DNA of 32,000 nt from Acaryochloris marina MBIC11017 (lineage in GTDB: Bacteria > Cyanobacteriota > Cyanobacteriia > Thermosynechococcales > Thermosynechococcaceae): NCBI RefSeq assembly GCF_000018105.1, contig NC_009925.1:3960001-3992000 (forward strand). Reading direction: 5' to 3'. The position numbers were made by a program, and so were the translations under genes. Position 1 is the stretch's first letter, and each line of letters begins with the position of its first letter. Positions 9,333 to 18,037 of the stretch are shown piece by piece. The notes under the pieces are model-generated. The model saw nothing but the letters and a program-made list of their open reading frames with translations. It was not told the origin of the DNA and searched no databases.

Positions 9333-9875
9333 GTGGCAGGTCACAAAATCTTAGTGATTGACGACAGTAAGGTCATTCGTATGCGTGTCCGGGATATGCT
9401 GCCGGAAGGTGACTTTCAGGTGTTAGAAGCTAAGGATGGTGCAGAAGGCTTAAACTTGATTCGGCAAGAACGCCCTACTTTAATCATGTTGGACTTTCTG
9501 TTACCCCGAGTTAGTGGTTGGGAAGTCTATCAAGAACTGCAAAATGAAAATGATCTGCAGTCCATTCCCCTGGTGATCATGTCAGGCCGGAAGGAAGAAG
9601 TTACCGATAAGCTGACAGAACCCTTCGAATTTTTTGAATTTATTGAAAAGCCTTTTGAGAAACATCAATTGCAAAAGGCGATTAAAGGTGCCTTTACCAA
9701 GTCGCGACTACCTCGACTCCGCACGGAAGCCAGCAAGCCTGCAGAAGCTGCTCCTGCCGTCGACAATACTGAGGTCATTGAATTGCGCCAGCGAGTTGAA
9801 GCCATGGAAACTGAGATTGCTAACTTGAAGCGGGCGTTGACTCAGCTTGTGAACTTCGTCAAGCAAAAGCTTTAA
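9333..9875 (+). CDS. CheY-like single-domain response regulator with C-terminal coiled coil
   Basis: GTG start 6 nt after TAGGAG (9321-9326). Receiver signature: KILVIDDS, phospho-acceptor context TLIMLDFLLP, VIMSG, EKPF. The tail EVIELRQRVEAMETEIANLKRALTQL is heptad-like. Confidence 0.9.
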   Translation: MAGHKILVIDDSKVIRMRVRDMLPEGDFQVLEAKDGAEGLNLIRQERPTLIMLDFLLPRVSGWEVYQELQNENDLQSIPLVIMSGRKEEVTDKLTEPFEFFEFIEKPFEKHQLQKAIKGAFTKSRLPRLRTEASKPAEAAPAVDNTEVIELRQRVEAMETEIANLKRALTQLVNFVKQKL

Positions 9876-9893
9876 GAATTTAGCTCAATCCAT

Positions 9894-10496
9894 TTAATCC
9901 AAATCTCGTCGCCCTTCTAGTGCTCTAGCAAGGGTGACTTCGTCTGCATATTCTAAGTCACCTCCCATGGGGAGACCAAAGGCAATGCGCGTCACGCGCG
10001 TAAAGGGTTTGAGCAGTTGCCCCACATACAGGGTGGTGGTTTCGCCTTCTACACTAGGGTTAATGGCCAGAATCACCTCTTGGGTTTTTGTTTGATGAAC
10101 CCGGCGAATGAGGGGCTGAACATTGAGCTGATCGGGGCCAATGCCATCCATGGGTGAAATCAAACCGCCGAGCACATGATATTGACCCTTGAATTCTCGG
10201 GTTTTTTCGAGGGCAATCACGTCCCTAGAATCGGCAACCACGCAAATCACCGTTTTATCTCGACTGGGTGCCCGACAAATATCGCAGACAGGGTCGGCGG
10301 ACAAATGAAAGCAGACAGAACAAAATCCGACCTGCTGCTTGGCCTCGATTAGGGCATTGGCGAGGGCTTCGACCTCGGCAGTGGGGCGTTTTAACAGGTG
10401 CAGGGCTAGTCGTTGGGCACTTTTGGGGCCAATGCCGGGGAGTCGTTGGAGCTGCTCAACCAGTCGGGCTAGGGGCCGGGTATAAACCGTACTCAC
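9894..10496 (-). CDS. recR: Recombination protein RecR
   Basis: 200 aa. It has the HhH motif [17 protein letters not shown], the C4 zinc finger [16 protein letters not shown], and a Toprim region [15 protein letters not shown] ... GGDLEYADE. Confidence 0.95.
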   Translation of the reverse strand: MSTVYTRPLARLVEQLQRLPGIGPKSAQRLALHLLKRPTAEVEALANALIEAKQQVGFCSVCFHLSADPVCDICRAPSRDKTVICVVADSRDVIALEKTREFKGQYHVLGGLISPMDGIGPDQLNVQPLIRRVHQTKTQEVILAINPSVEGETTTLYVGQLLKPFTRVTRIAFGLPMGGDLEYADEVTLARALEGRRDLD

Positions 10497-10538
10497 AGTC
10501 GGGTGCCTCTCAGTAGGGATGGAGTGGAGGTCATTATT

Positions 10539-11654
10539 TTAGCCTTTGGGGGCTGGTTGTTTAGAAGCCCGTAGGGCGGCAATGATTTCTTGATTGGCTT
10601 TGGGAAAGGGATACTCATCTAGCTCTGCTAAGGTCACCCAGCGAATTTCATCACATTCAATGGCCTGGGGCTCCCCTTGGATATGGTGGCAGTGATGCAC
10701 CATCAGGGTGACTTTGAAGTGGGTGTAGGCATGATTCACGGTAATCAAATGATCGTCAACGCCAATCTCAATCCCTAGTTCTTCTTTTATTTCCCGGCGA
10801 ATGCAGTCTTCCACAGATTCTTGGGGTTCTACTTTTCCTCCTGGAAATTCCCATAGGCCACCCAGCAGACCTTTTTGAGGTCGTTTATCGATCAGAATCT
10901 GGTTTTGGTCGTTCCAGATCACGGCAACGCCAATTTGTTTATGGGGGACTGGGGCTTTCTGTTCGGTCATGGGTAAGGTGGTTTGCAGTTGATGACGGTA
11001 GGCTTGGCAGTCGGACCTCCAGGGACAGCGATCGCACTGGGGTTGCTTGGGGGTACATAGGGTGGCCCCTAGGTCCATAAATGCCTGGTTGAATTCCCTA
11101 GGATACTCTGGATCGAGGAGTGCTGTGGAGGCTTCCCATAGATCTGCCAACACTTTTTTGGGAGGCTGTTGGATGGCGAGTAGCCGGACTAGGATGCGCT
11201 TAACATTACCATCCAAAATAGGGGTGGGCTGATTAAAGGCGGCGCTAAGAATGCCTCCAGCAGTGGTTCGACCGATGCCGGGTAAGCTCATCACTTGGTC
11301 AAATTGCTCTGGGAAGGTTCCATCCCAGTCTGCGACGACTTGTTGGGCAGCTCGATGCAAGTTCCGCGCCCGAGCATAGTAACCCAGTCCCTGCCAAACT
11401 TTCAAGACGTCTTGTTGGGGAGCGGCTGCTAGGCTGGCAATAGTGGGGAATTGGGCTAACCAGCGCTGGTAATAGGGAATGACGGTTTTGACCTGGGTTT
11501 GCTGGAGCATGATCTCTGAGACCCAGATGGCATAAGGGTCTTGTGTTTGCCTCCAGGGGAGATCTCGCCCTGACTCTTGATACCAAGTTCGCAAAGCAGT
11601 TCTTAATTTCGCGATGGGTAACTTCTTTAGTTTAGTTTCTGGCATCAACTCCAA
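10539..11654 (-). CDS. mutY: A/G-specific adenine DNA glycosylase MutY
   Basis: 371 aa. WVSEIMLQQTQV, the HhH-GPD motif LPGIGRTTAGGILSAAF, the 4Fe-4S loop CTPKQPQCDRCPWRSDC, and a C-terminal NUDIX-like domain GLWEFPGGKVEPQES..REIKEELG. Confidence 0.93.
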   Translation of the reverse strand: MELMPETKLKKLPIAKLRTALRTWYQESGRDLPWRQTQDPYAIWVSEIMLQQTQVKTVIPYYQRWLAQFPTIASLAAAPQQDVLKVWQGLGYYARARNLHRAAQQVVADWDGTFPEQFDQVMSLPGIGRTTAGGILSAAFNQPTPILDGNVKRILVRLLAIQQPPKKVLADLWEASTALLDPEYPREFNQAFMDLGATLCTPKQPQCDRCPWRSDCQAYRHQLQTTLPMTEQKAPVPHKQIGVAVIWNDQNQILIDKRPQKGLLGGLWEFPGGKVEPQESVEDCIRREIKEELGIEIGVDDHLITVNHAYTHFKVTLMVHHCHHIQGEPQAIECDEIRWVTLAELDEYPFPKANQEIIAALRASKQPAPKG

Positions 11655-12022
11655 ATGACCCTATATTTCCTTGATCAGGATAAAGGAATGTTGAGCGTTG
11701 AGTAGGATAACGAGAGCGCTAGCCCATAATGAGAGATTGATTGCTGATGGAGCTAAGTAAACAAGAGAATTAAAGTGCAACTATACTTCAAAATAAAAAT
11801 ATGGCTAGATGCTATATAAATGAAGGTTTCTAAGCTAATTAGCTAAAGCCAAAATAGTTATTGAAATTATGCCTGACCTACTTTAGAAGTATTAACTAAT
11901 GCTTGTTTAATAAAACTTCATAAATTGGTAAAATTTGCCAGAATTTATAACTCATATAGACAGTATTTAGATATACTCTTGCTTTATATCTATCATCATC
12001 TGAGTTAAGAGTTACAAGGAGT

Positions 12023-12808
12023 GTGAAGGTGAATCAAGAAGATAAAGTAAGCAATATTGAAAAGGAACTAAGTTTACTTCGCGAAAATTATCAGTCTGAC
12101 AGAAAATTCTTTGTTGTTACGGTCCCTTTTTTGTTCGTAGTAGTTGTAACTTTAATTTCTTTTTTTGGGATAAAAACTTCTAATGATTTAGTGGAAATTG
12201 TCCACACAATAATTAATAAATATGTTAAAAATGAACTAGAAATATCTGTCGGAAAAGCAGTCCCGAAAGCTGTTGAATCAGGAATCAAGAACATAGGTGC
12301 TGAAAATTTTTTAATGGATGCCAAGGAATCTGCCATTAAAGCTGCAGAAATAAAAGGGGAAATCGATAATTGGTATTCTGAAATTCAAAAGAAAGATGGG
12401 CCACTTGTCTTTTTACCTGCTAATAAGACAAGATTTCTTGATAATGCTAGACCATTTGGACGTTACAAACCTAACGGCGGTGAGTACATTGAAAATGTAT
12501 CAAATCATGTGCCAAAGGTGGCCAAGGGAGTCATTTTAAATGTTACTGTTTATCCAGATCGACTTCATGAAGTTTCTTCTTTTGTTTGTGCAGATTCTTT
12601 AGGTAAATTTTTTGTTTCTGATTCTAAGCATGATGCACAACGACAGCAAGGTATTTCTACTACAAGAACTCATGAAATAGTTCATGCTCCATCAACAAAT
12701 TCATCATCAAGAAGGGAGGAGGTTAATTTCCCTGTCGGAGGAATAGTTTTTTGCCCACTTATGTCAGGAGGTAAAGTTCAAATAGAAAACTGCATCAGTT
12801 ACATCTAG
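12023..12808 (+). CDS. Orphan membrane-anchored hypothetical protein in AT-rich island
   Basis: It is the only long ORF in an AT-rich stretch of about 2 kb. AAGGAG at 12016-12021 favours the in-frame GTG at 12029 over 12023. The protein has an N-terminal charged/coiled segment, one TM helix (FFVVTVPFLFVVVVTLISFFGI), a helical K/E-rich region, and a C-terminal part of about 130 aa containing Cys. I recognise no family motif. Confidence 0.55.
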   Translation: MKVNQEDKVSNIEKELSLLRENYQSDRKFFVVTVPFLFVVVVTLISFFGIKTSNDLVEIVHTIINKYVKNELEISVGKAVPKAVESGIKNIGAENFLMDAKESAIKAAEIKGEIDNWYSEIQKKDGPLVFLPANKTRFLDNARPFGRYKPNGGEYIENVSNHVPKVAKGVILNVTVYPDRLHEVSSFVCADSLGKFFVSDSKHDAQRQQGISTTRTHEIVHAPSTNSSSRREEVNFPVGGIVFCPLMSGGKVQIENCISYI

Positions 12809-13668
12809 AGGGGCTGTGGAAAACAGCATTGAAGTGGTTGCAGCTCTAATTGGTTACTATTGATGTTAATTACAATAGTGTTCGTCAATCTTAAAATCGA
12901 CTGTATATAGACCTCTTGAATAATTCAACTAACGATGTGGTAGAGAACTAAAATCTGAGTCAGATCGCAGCATTTTTTTCGTAATTAGAACTTCATGAAA
13001 CGCATATTGCAAGAGGTCTAATATTCTGTCCAGGTATAATAGAATTTGAGATTAACCAACATTTTGATTCTTGTGTGAGCGGAAACCTACATCTATCCAT
13101 TGAAGTCTATCAAACAAGTTTGGCCTTAACTATGTTTACCTACATCTATAAAAGAATTACAGAATAAATAGATCAGAATTATGTTTATCATTAGTGCCCA
13201 CCTGCTTCAAAATAAGGCTTGATATTCTTAGTAGCTTTCTTAAGAGAGGTGGGCAGGAGGCAATCTAAATTGGCCTCTTTTCTACCTGGAAACCTTGAAA
13301 AACTCTGGACCAGAACCAAAATTTATCAAAAAAATAATAATAGAATTCCAGTTCAGGCTAAGCCCATTTTAGAAGCCTTTCTACTGAAGAATAGAGGTTT
13401 GGCCTTCACTCGAAAAAGTGGACATTCACCGAACTTAGGTAAAGATAGTATGTGGCGATCCTCACTGAATTTCGGCGTCCACAACTTTGAGATGCTTGAG
13501 TAAATTGCAAAAGTTGACACATATGTGTTAAATCTTGGTTCTCTTATCTACTCTCTAGCTAAAATTTAATATACCTAACGGTCTGTTTAGATGCATAAAG
13601 TATAGGTAGTCCATTTATGGCGAAAAACTATGAGAATTGGCTATTTACGACACGATCGCGCTTACTAA

Positions 13669-14201
13669 CATAAACGAGTAGACCCTGATTATGTCGGTTG
13701 GATCAGGCACGATGAAATAGCGAAAGACTGGGACAACACTTGGCAATCTCTCTCGCAAAAATAAGCCTTTCCAAACCAGGGAAGTTTGCTGGAACTAGGC
13801 TGTGGCGCAGGAAATTTAGGGATTGCTTTTGCCCAAATAGGTTACACAGTGGCTGGGGTTGATATTGCTCCCACTGCAATTTCTTGGGCAGTTGAAAATG
13901 CTGCCAAAGCCAAGGTCAAAGTGAATTTCCTTTATGGTGACGTTCTGACATTAACCGAGATTGAGGATGCTTCATTTGATATCGCTGTAGATGGCCGTTG
14001 TTATCACTGCATCATTGGCAAAGATCGCACTCAATTTCTACACACGGCTCATCGAATTCTCAAACCGAACGGCATACTAACTAACCATCACCACGATGTG
14101 CAATCAAGTGCCCGTCAGCTTACAACCCAATTTTGATCCTCAAACACGCTGCATTGTTCACAAAGATGTGGCAACCCGGTATATCGGGGACTCCAACGAT
14201 A
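13669..14201 (+). pseudogene. Class I SAM-dependent methyltransferase, 5' fragment (nonsense plus frameshift, then IS-interrupted)
   Basis: One frame reads DPDYVGWIRHDEIAKDWDNTWQSLSQK-TAA(13762-13764)-AFPNQGSLLELGCGAGNLGIAFAQIGYTVAGVDI (SAM motif I), then ...HRILKPNGIL. The tandem duplication ACTAACTAA near 14076-14084 shifts the frame. The +1 frame continues TITTMCNQVPVSLQPNFDPQTRCIVHKDVATRYIGDSND up to the IS junction at 14201. Confidence 0.7.
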
Positions 14202-15156
14202 TAGCAGTCGCCATATTGAGAAGGACTTAAACTAGAGAAGTATTTTATTCCTTCTCCTGTGTGATGCCCAAAATTTATAGTTACGACCTACGTTGCAAAG
14301 TGATAGATGCGATTGAGCTAGATGGGATGCGCCCTTCAGAAGCGAGTGAACTGTTCCATATCAGTCGTAACACCATTAACCAATGGCAACACCTCAAGGC
14401 GGAAACGGGTGATTTGCATCCCAAGCCAGTCCATCATCCTGGCCATAGCCATAAAATCACTGACTGGGACAAGTTTCGAGCGTTTGCCCACAAGCATCGT
14501 CATAAAACCCAAGCTCAGATGGCTCAACTATGGGATGGAGAGATTAGTGATCGAACCATCTCAAGAGCCCTCCAGAAAATCGGATTTACTCGAAAAAAAA
14601 AACATATGGGTACCGAGAACGAGATAAGCACAAACGGGCAGCGTTCATCAAACGTCTGAGTACCGTGGACCCAGACGATATCGTCTATGCGGATGAGTCG
14701 GGCATGGATCATCGAGACGAGTATGACTATGCTTATGGCCCCAAAGGTGAGCGGGTTTATGCTTTGAAGACTGGGCGTAGAAGCGGCCGAGTCAATATGA
14801 TTGCGGCGTTGAGAGCAAAGCAGTTGATGGCACCGTTCACGATCGAAGGAGCTTGCAATCGGACTGTGTTTGAACTTTGGCTAGAGCGTTGCTTGATACC
14901 CGTGCTCAAGCCTGGGCAGAAGCTGGTGATAGATAATGCCACTTTTCACAAGGGAGGACAAATACAGGAATTAGTGGAAAAAGCAGGATGTGAGGTTTGG
15001 TATTTACCGCCTTATTCCCCTGACTTGAACAAGATTGAGCGGTCTTGGTCTTGGATTAAAAGTCGCATCCGTCACCAATTAGAACATTTTGGATCTCTCA
15101 GAGAAGCAATGGAACATGTTCTACATCTAGTGTCCTGAATAGAATGGCGACTGCTA
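14202..15156 (+). mobile_element. IS630/Tc1-mariner family insertion sequence (ISY100-like, 955 bp)
   Basis: Terminal inverted repeats are TAGCAGTCGCCAT at 14202-14214 and its reverse complement ATGGCGACTGCTA at 15144-15156. The match extends imperfectly to about 25 bp. The element is flanked by TA (14200-14201) and TA (15157-15158), the family's hallmark target duplication. Confidence 0.85.
14264..15138 (+). CDS. IS630-family DDE transposase, two frames joined at an A10 run (-1 shift)
   Basis: orfA (14264-14659) has HTH-like features (SEASELFHISRNTINQW, ISRALQKIGFTRKKK). orfB (to 15138) carries the DDE residues ADESGMD, VIDNATFHK and PPYSPDLNKIE. The A10 run is at 14593-14602. Re-reading one A gives KKKTYGYRERDKHKRAAFIKRLSTVDPDD, a fused product of about 292 aa. 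Confidence 0.85.
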
Positions 15157-15159
15157 TAA

Positions 15160-16551
15160 CCCTCTTTTATCACTTTAGACAGATAAAAAATAGACTATTC
15201 TCAGTTTCTATTTTTCTAATGAGTGATGTCAGCTTCAAGAAGTCCAGAACCAACCATTGGCTTTGTTGATGAGTACTGCCAACTATTTGCAGAGTTATTT
15301 CCCCAAGTCCGCAGTTATGAAGCCTTCAAGCATCTCCATCTGGGGATGATTAGTGATATCAAACGTAAATCATTGCCCGCCATTGCAAGAGCAGTGGGCT
15401 TGGAGAACCATCAAAGCCTGCATCATTTTCTGAGTGAATCACCTTGGGTAGCGTCACATTTGTCTGACAAGAGATTGGACATCATCTTGAAAATACTGGA
15501 TGGGCGCAGGTTAATTCTATTGATCGATGAGACGGGCGATTGCAAAAAAGGCAAGAGTACCGACTATGTGAAACGGCAGTATATCGGCAATGTGGGCAAG
15601 AAAGAGAATGGCATCGTCGCAGTCACTGCCTACGGGCTGTTTCAAGGGATGATTTTGCCTTTGTCCTTTGAAGTGTACAAACCCCGAGAACGTCTTAAAG
15701 AGGAGGATGAGTATCTCAGCAAACCCCAAATTGCTGCTGGAATGATCCGACAGTTGCAAGGGATGGGCTTTTGCTTTGAGCTCGTCCTGGCTGACAGCTT
15801 GTATGGGGAAGCTCAAACAAACTTTGTGAATGTCTTAGAGGAGTTAAAGCTGCCCTATATCCTAGCGATTCGTAGCAATCATGCGGTGTGGTTACCCGCA
15901 GAACAAGCAGTCTTTGCCGAACCGTGGCAGTCATTTGAACGAACCTTCAGCAATGGCACCACTGAAACTCGTTACAGGCAAGAGATCATTTATGGCCAGC
16001 GACACCACCAGAAGCGCTATTGGCTATTAACCACGGACCCCCAAACGCTACCAGAGAACTCAACCTCTTATGTCATGGCAGCGGCACCCGAGATCAAGCT
16101 GGATGAAATTGGGGATTGCTATGGCTTCAGAACTTGGATTGAGTATGGTCTCAAACAGTCTAAAGATACCTTGGGTTGGGCTGATTTTCGCATGACGCAC
16201 TACGAACAAATTGAAAAGTGGTGGGAGATAGTGATGAGCGCTTTCTTGATGGTGAGTTTGTTCGCTGATGTCTTCAATGACTCTTGTCCAGTGGCACATC
16301 AACACTTTGCGCAGCATCCTTGGTGGGATAACCAAAACGGGTGGAAGAATCTGCTCAATAATGTGCGCTTGATCATTCAACCGTTAATCAGTTGGAATCT
16401 TCTAAAGCGCTGGTTAGAAGTCTTTCCCAGCCGTGCTTTGAAAAAGGGGTTTGAGCAACTCACATCAAAGATGGAGGCATTTTGCTGTCCACTGGTGAGG
16501 AAATTGCTCAAGCATCCTGATTTTCTCTCTGTCTAAAGTGATAAAAGAGGG
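15160..16551 (+). mobile_element. IS701-family-like insertion sequence (about 1.39 kb) with perfect 23-bp terminal inverted repeats
   Basis: CCCTCTTTTATCACTTTAGACAG at 15160-15182 is the exact reverse complement of 16529-16551. The repeat may extend 3 nt further with one mismatch (15157-16554). The transposase stop codon lies inside the right repeat. Confidence 0.85.
15226..16536 (+). CDS. IS701-like DDE transposase
   Basis: 436-437 aa, uninterrupted. LILLIDETGDCKKGKSTDYVKRQYIGNVGKKENGIVAVTAYG matches the IS701-family block D(D/E)TG..KKG..S.GV.RQY.G..GK..N. A later LVLADSLYG supplies the second acidic residue. The track start is GTG 15223, with an ATG at 15226. Confidence 0.85.
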   Translation: MSASRSPEPTIGFVDEYCQLFAELFPQVRSYEAFKHLHLGMISDIKRKSLPAIARAVGLENHQSLHHFLSESPWVASHLSDKRLDIILKILDGRRLILLIDETGDCKKGKSTDYVKRQYIGNVGKKENGIVAVTAYGLFQGMILPLSFEVYKPRERLKEEDEYLSKPQIAAGMIRQLQGMGFCFELVLADSLYGEAQTNFVNVLEELKLPYILAIRSNHAVWLPAEQAVFAEPWQSFERTFSNGTTETRYRQEIIYGQRHHQKRYWLLTTDPQTLPENSTSYVMAAAPEIKLDEIGDCYGFRTWIEYGLKQSKDTLGWADFRMTHYEQIEKWWEIVMSAFLMVSLFADVFNDSCPVAHQHFAQHPWWDNQNGWKNLLNNVRLIIQPLISWNLLKRWLEVFPSRALKKGFEQLTSKMEAFCCPLVRKLLKHPDFLSV

Positions 16552-16664
16552 ATATCTTGCAAGAGATCATCCAGGTTGACTTTCAAATTTTGGACGTAGA
16601 GGTCGTACCACCTAGCAGTGAAGATGACGCAGCGGATCTGCAAGTGATCGCCACAAAGCGCTAA
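16552..16664 (+). pseudogene. 3' fragment of the same SAM-methyltransferase
   Basis: From 16554 the sequence reads ILQEIIQVDFQILDVEVVPPSSEDDAADLQVIATKR-TAA (stop 16662-16664). Removing both IS elements and the duplicated nucleotides rejoins AACGAT-ATCTTG in frame (..GDSND-ILQEI..). Confidence 0.7.
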
Positions 16665-16755
16665 GGCAAAGCTGATCTCCAGTGCAGATGGAGTACTTTA
16701 AAACCAAAGTTTTTTTCTACCCAAAGGTTCAAAGAAGAGAGATATTACCTCAATG

Positions 16756-16782
16756 CACCTAAAAATAGAACATTTTTAGGTG
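16756..16782 (-). terminator. Hairpin immediately downstream of the sigma-factor gene
   Basis: Perfect 11-bp stem, CACCTAAAAAT (16756-16766) pairing with ATTTTTAGGTG (16772-16782), with a 5-nt loop, starting 8 nt after the stop codon. The T run is inside the stem rather than trailing it, so terminator function is only plausible. Confidence 0.45.
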
Positions 16783-16789
16783 TGAGCAG

Positions 16790-17776
16790 TTAGCTAGCCA
16801 GATACTCAGAAATATCAGCTTTGCGCTTCCGTAGCTTACTCAGAGCTTCCCGCTCAATCTGTCGAACCCTTTCCCGGCTGATGCTTAAACGATCGCCAAT
16901 CTTAGCTAAGGTTAGGGGTTGACCATCATCCAAACCAAAGCGGAGGTGGAGAACCTGCTGCTGCTGGTCCGTCAAATCTGCCATTAGCCGCTCCAAATCT
17001 CCCCGCAAAGAAGCTTGTAGGGTAAAATTCTCAGGAGATTCAGACGGATCTTCGATTAGTTCACCCAGTTCAGTATCCTGATTATCCCCAACCCGAACAT
17101 CCAGGGATAAAGGTTGGCGAGCGCGCTCTAAATATTCTCGGACTTGCTTTGTAGTTAAGTCTAAAGACGTGGCTAATTCGCTGATGGTTGCAGCTCGGCC
17201 CAACTTTTGAGAAAGCTGCCGTTGCGTCTTCTTAATTTTGTTGAGCTTTTCCGTGATGTGGATCGGGAGTCGAATTGTTCGTCCTTTTTCTGCGATCGCG
17301 CGGGTGATCGCCTGCCGAATCCACCAGTAGGCATAGGTCGAGAAGCGATATCCTTTAGTTGGGTCGAACTTCTCAACGCCCCGCTGCATGCCAATCGTAC
17401 CCTCTTGGATCAGATCCAACAGGTCCACATTGCGCTTGATATATTTCTTTGCGACAGAAACCACTAAGCGTAGATTGGCTTCCACCATCTTTCGCTTAGC
17501 CGCTTCCCCTTCATGTAGAGCCTTTTGTAGTTCGGCTTCCGAGAGCTTGGCAGCCGCCGACCACTCTGCATCGTTCGGTTGCCGCTCTAGTTGCTCCGCT
17601 AATTCATCGCGAATCGTTTGCAACTTGATCAGATGTTGGACCTGCTTGCCAAACGTCACCTCTTCTTCATGGGTTAAGAGAGGAACACGCCCAATCTCTC
17701 GCAAGTAAGAGCGCACGGAATCTTTGGCAATTTCTTTGGTTCTCATGGGGCGTCTCTCAAGTTTAGACAAAGGCAT
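16790..17776 (-). CDS. Group-2 RpoD-type sigma-70 factor
   Basis: 328 aa. Region 1.2 is [20 protein letters not shown]. Region 2 is [53 protein letters not shown]. Region 3 is [16 protein letters not shown]. Region 4.2 is [29 protein letters not shown]. There is no long acidic region 1.1, which fits a group-2 factor. Confidence 0.92.
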   Translation of the reverse strand: MPLSKLERRPMRTKEIAKDSVRSYLREIGRVPLLTHEEEVTFGKQVQHLIKLQTIRDELAEQLERQPNDAEWSAAAKLSEAELQKALHEGEAAKRKMVEANLRLVVSVAKKYIKRNVDLLDLIQEGTIGMQRGVEKFDPTKGYRFSTYAYWWIRQAITRAIAEKGRTIRLPIHITEKLNKIKKTQRQLSQKLGRAATISELATSLDLTTKQVREYLERARQPLSLDVRVGDNQDTELGELIEDPSESPENFTLQASLRGDLERLMADLTDQQQQVLHLRFGLDDGQPLTLAKIGDRLSISRERVRQIEREALSKLRKRKADISEYLAS

Positions 17777-18037
17777 CTAGGATGGCGTGCGGATTTGTAA
17801 GAAATGAATCCTCATCTGTCCCACTACAAAGGCAATCCCGTTTAGCAAGTCAAACGTACAATACCGTATCCAAACACTTACAACAGTCAAAAAGATTACG
17901 CTCTGTAAACTCAGATGTCTGTATAAGGGGCTTAGCAGACTTGAATTGTACTCTTTATATTAAAAATCGTAACATATCTTTAATTTATCTTAGCCTTTGC
18001 TTGTCAGTGATTCCAATTAATGTTCCAGACAAATTAA

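Noticed and set aside
11833-11844. 12-bp perfect palindrome AGCTAATTAGCT upstream of the orphan gene, as a possible operator
   Set aside because: Short AT-rich palindromes are expected by chance in DNA of about 25% G+C. No second site or partner regulator is visible.
13219-13503. 94-aa ORF in the island's non-coding tail
   Set aside because: It has a TTG-type start, no ribosome-binding site, a Lys/Asn/Leu-rich composition typical of AT-rich DNA read in any frame, and no recognisable motif.
14322-16380. Alternative-frame and antisense ORFs inside the two IS elements (14322-14627, 14336-14527, 14524-14712, 14757-14942, 15517-15816, 15716-15934, 16060-16380)
   Set aside because: All are nested in the transposase genes, whose frames carry the HTH and DDE motifs. 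None has independent support.
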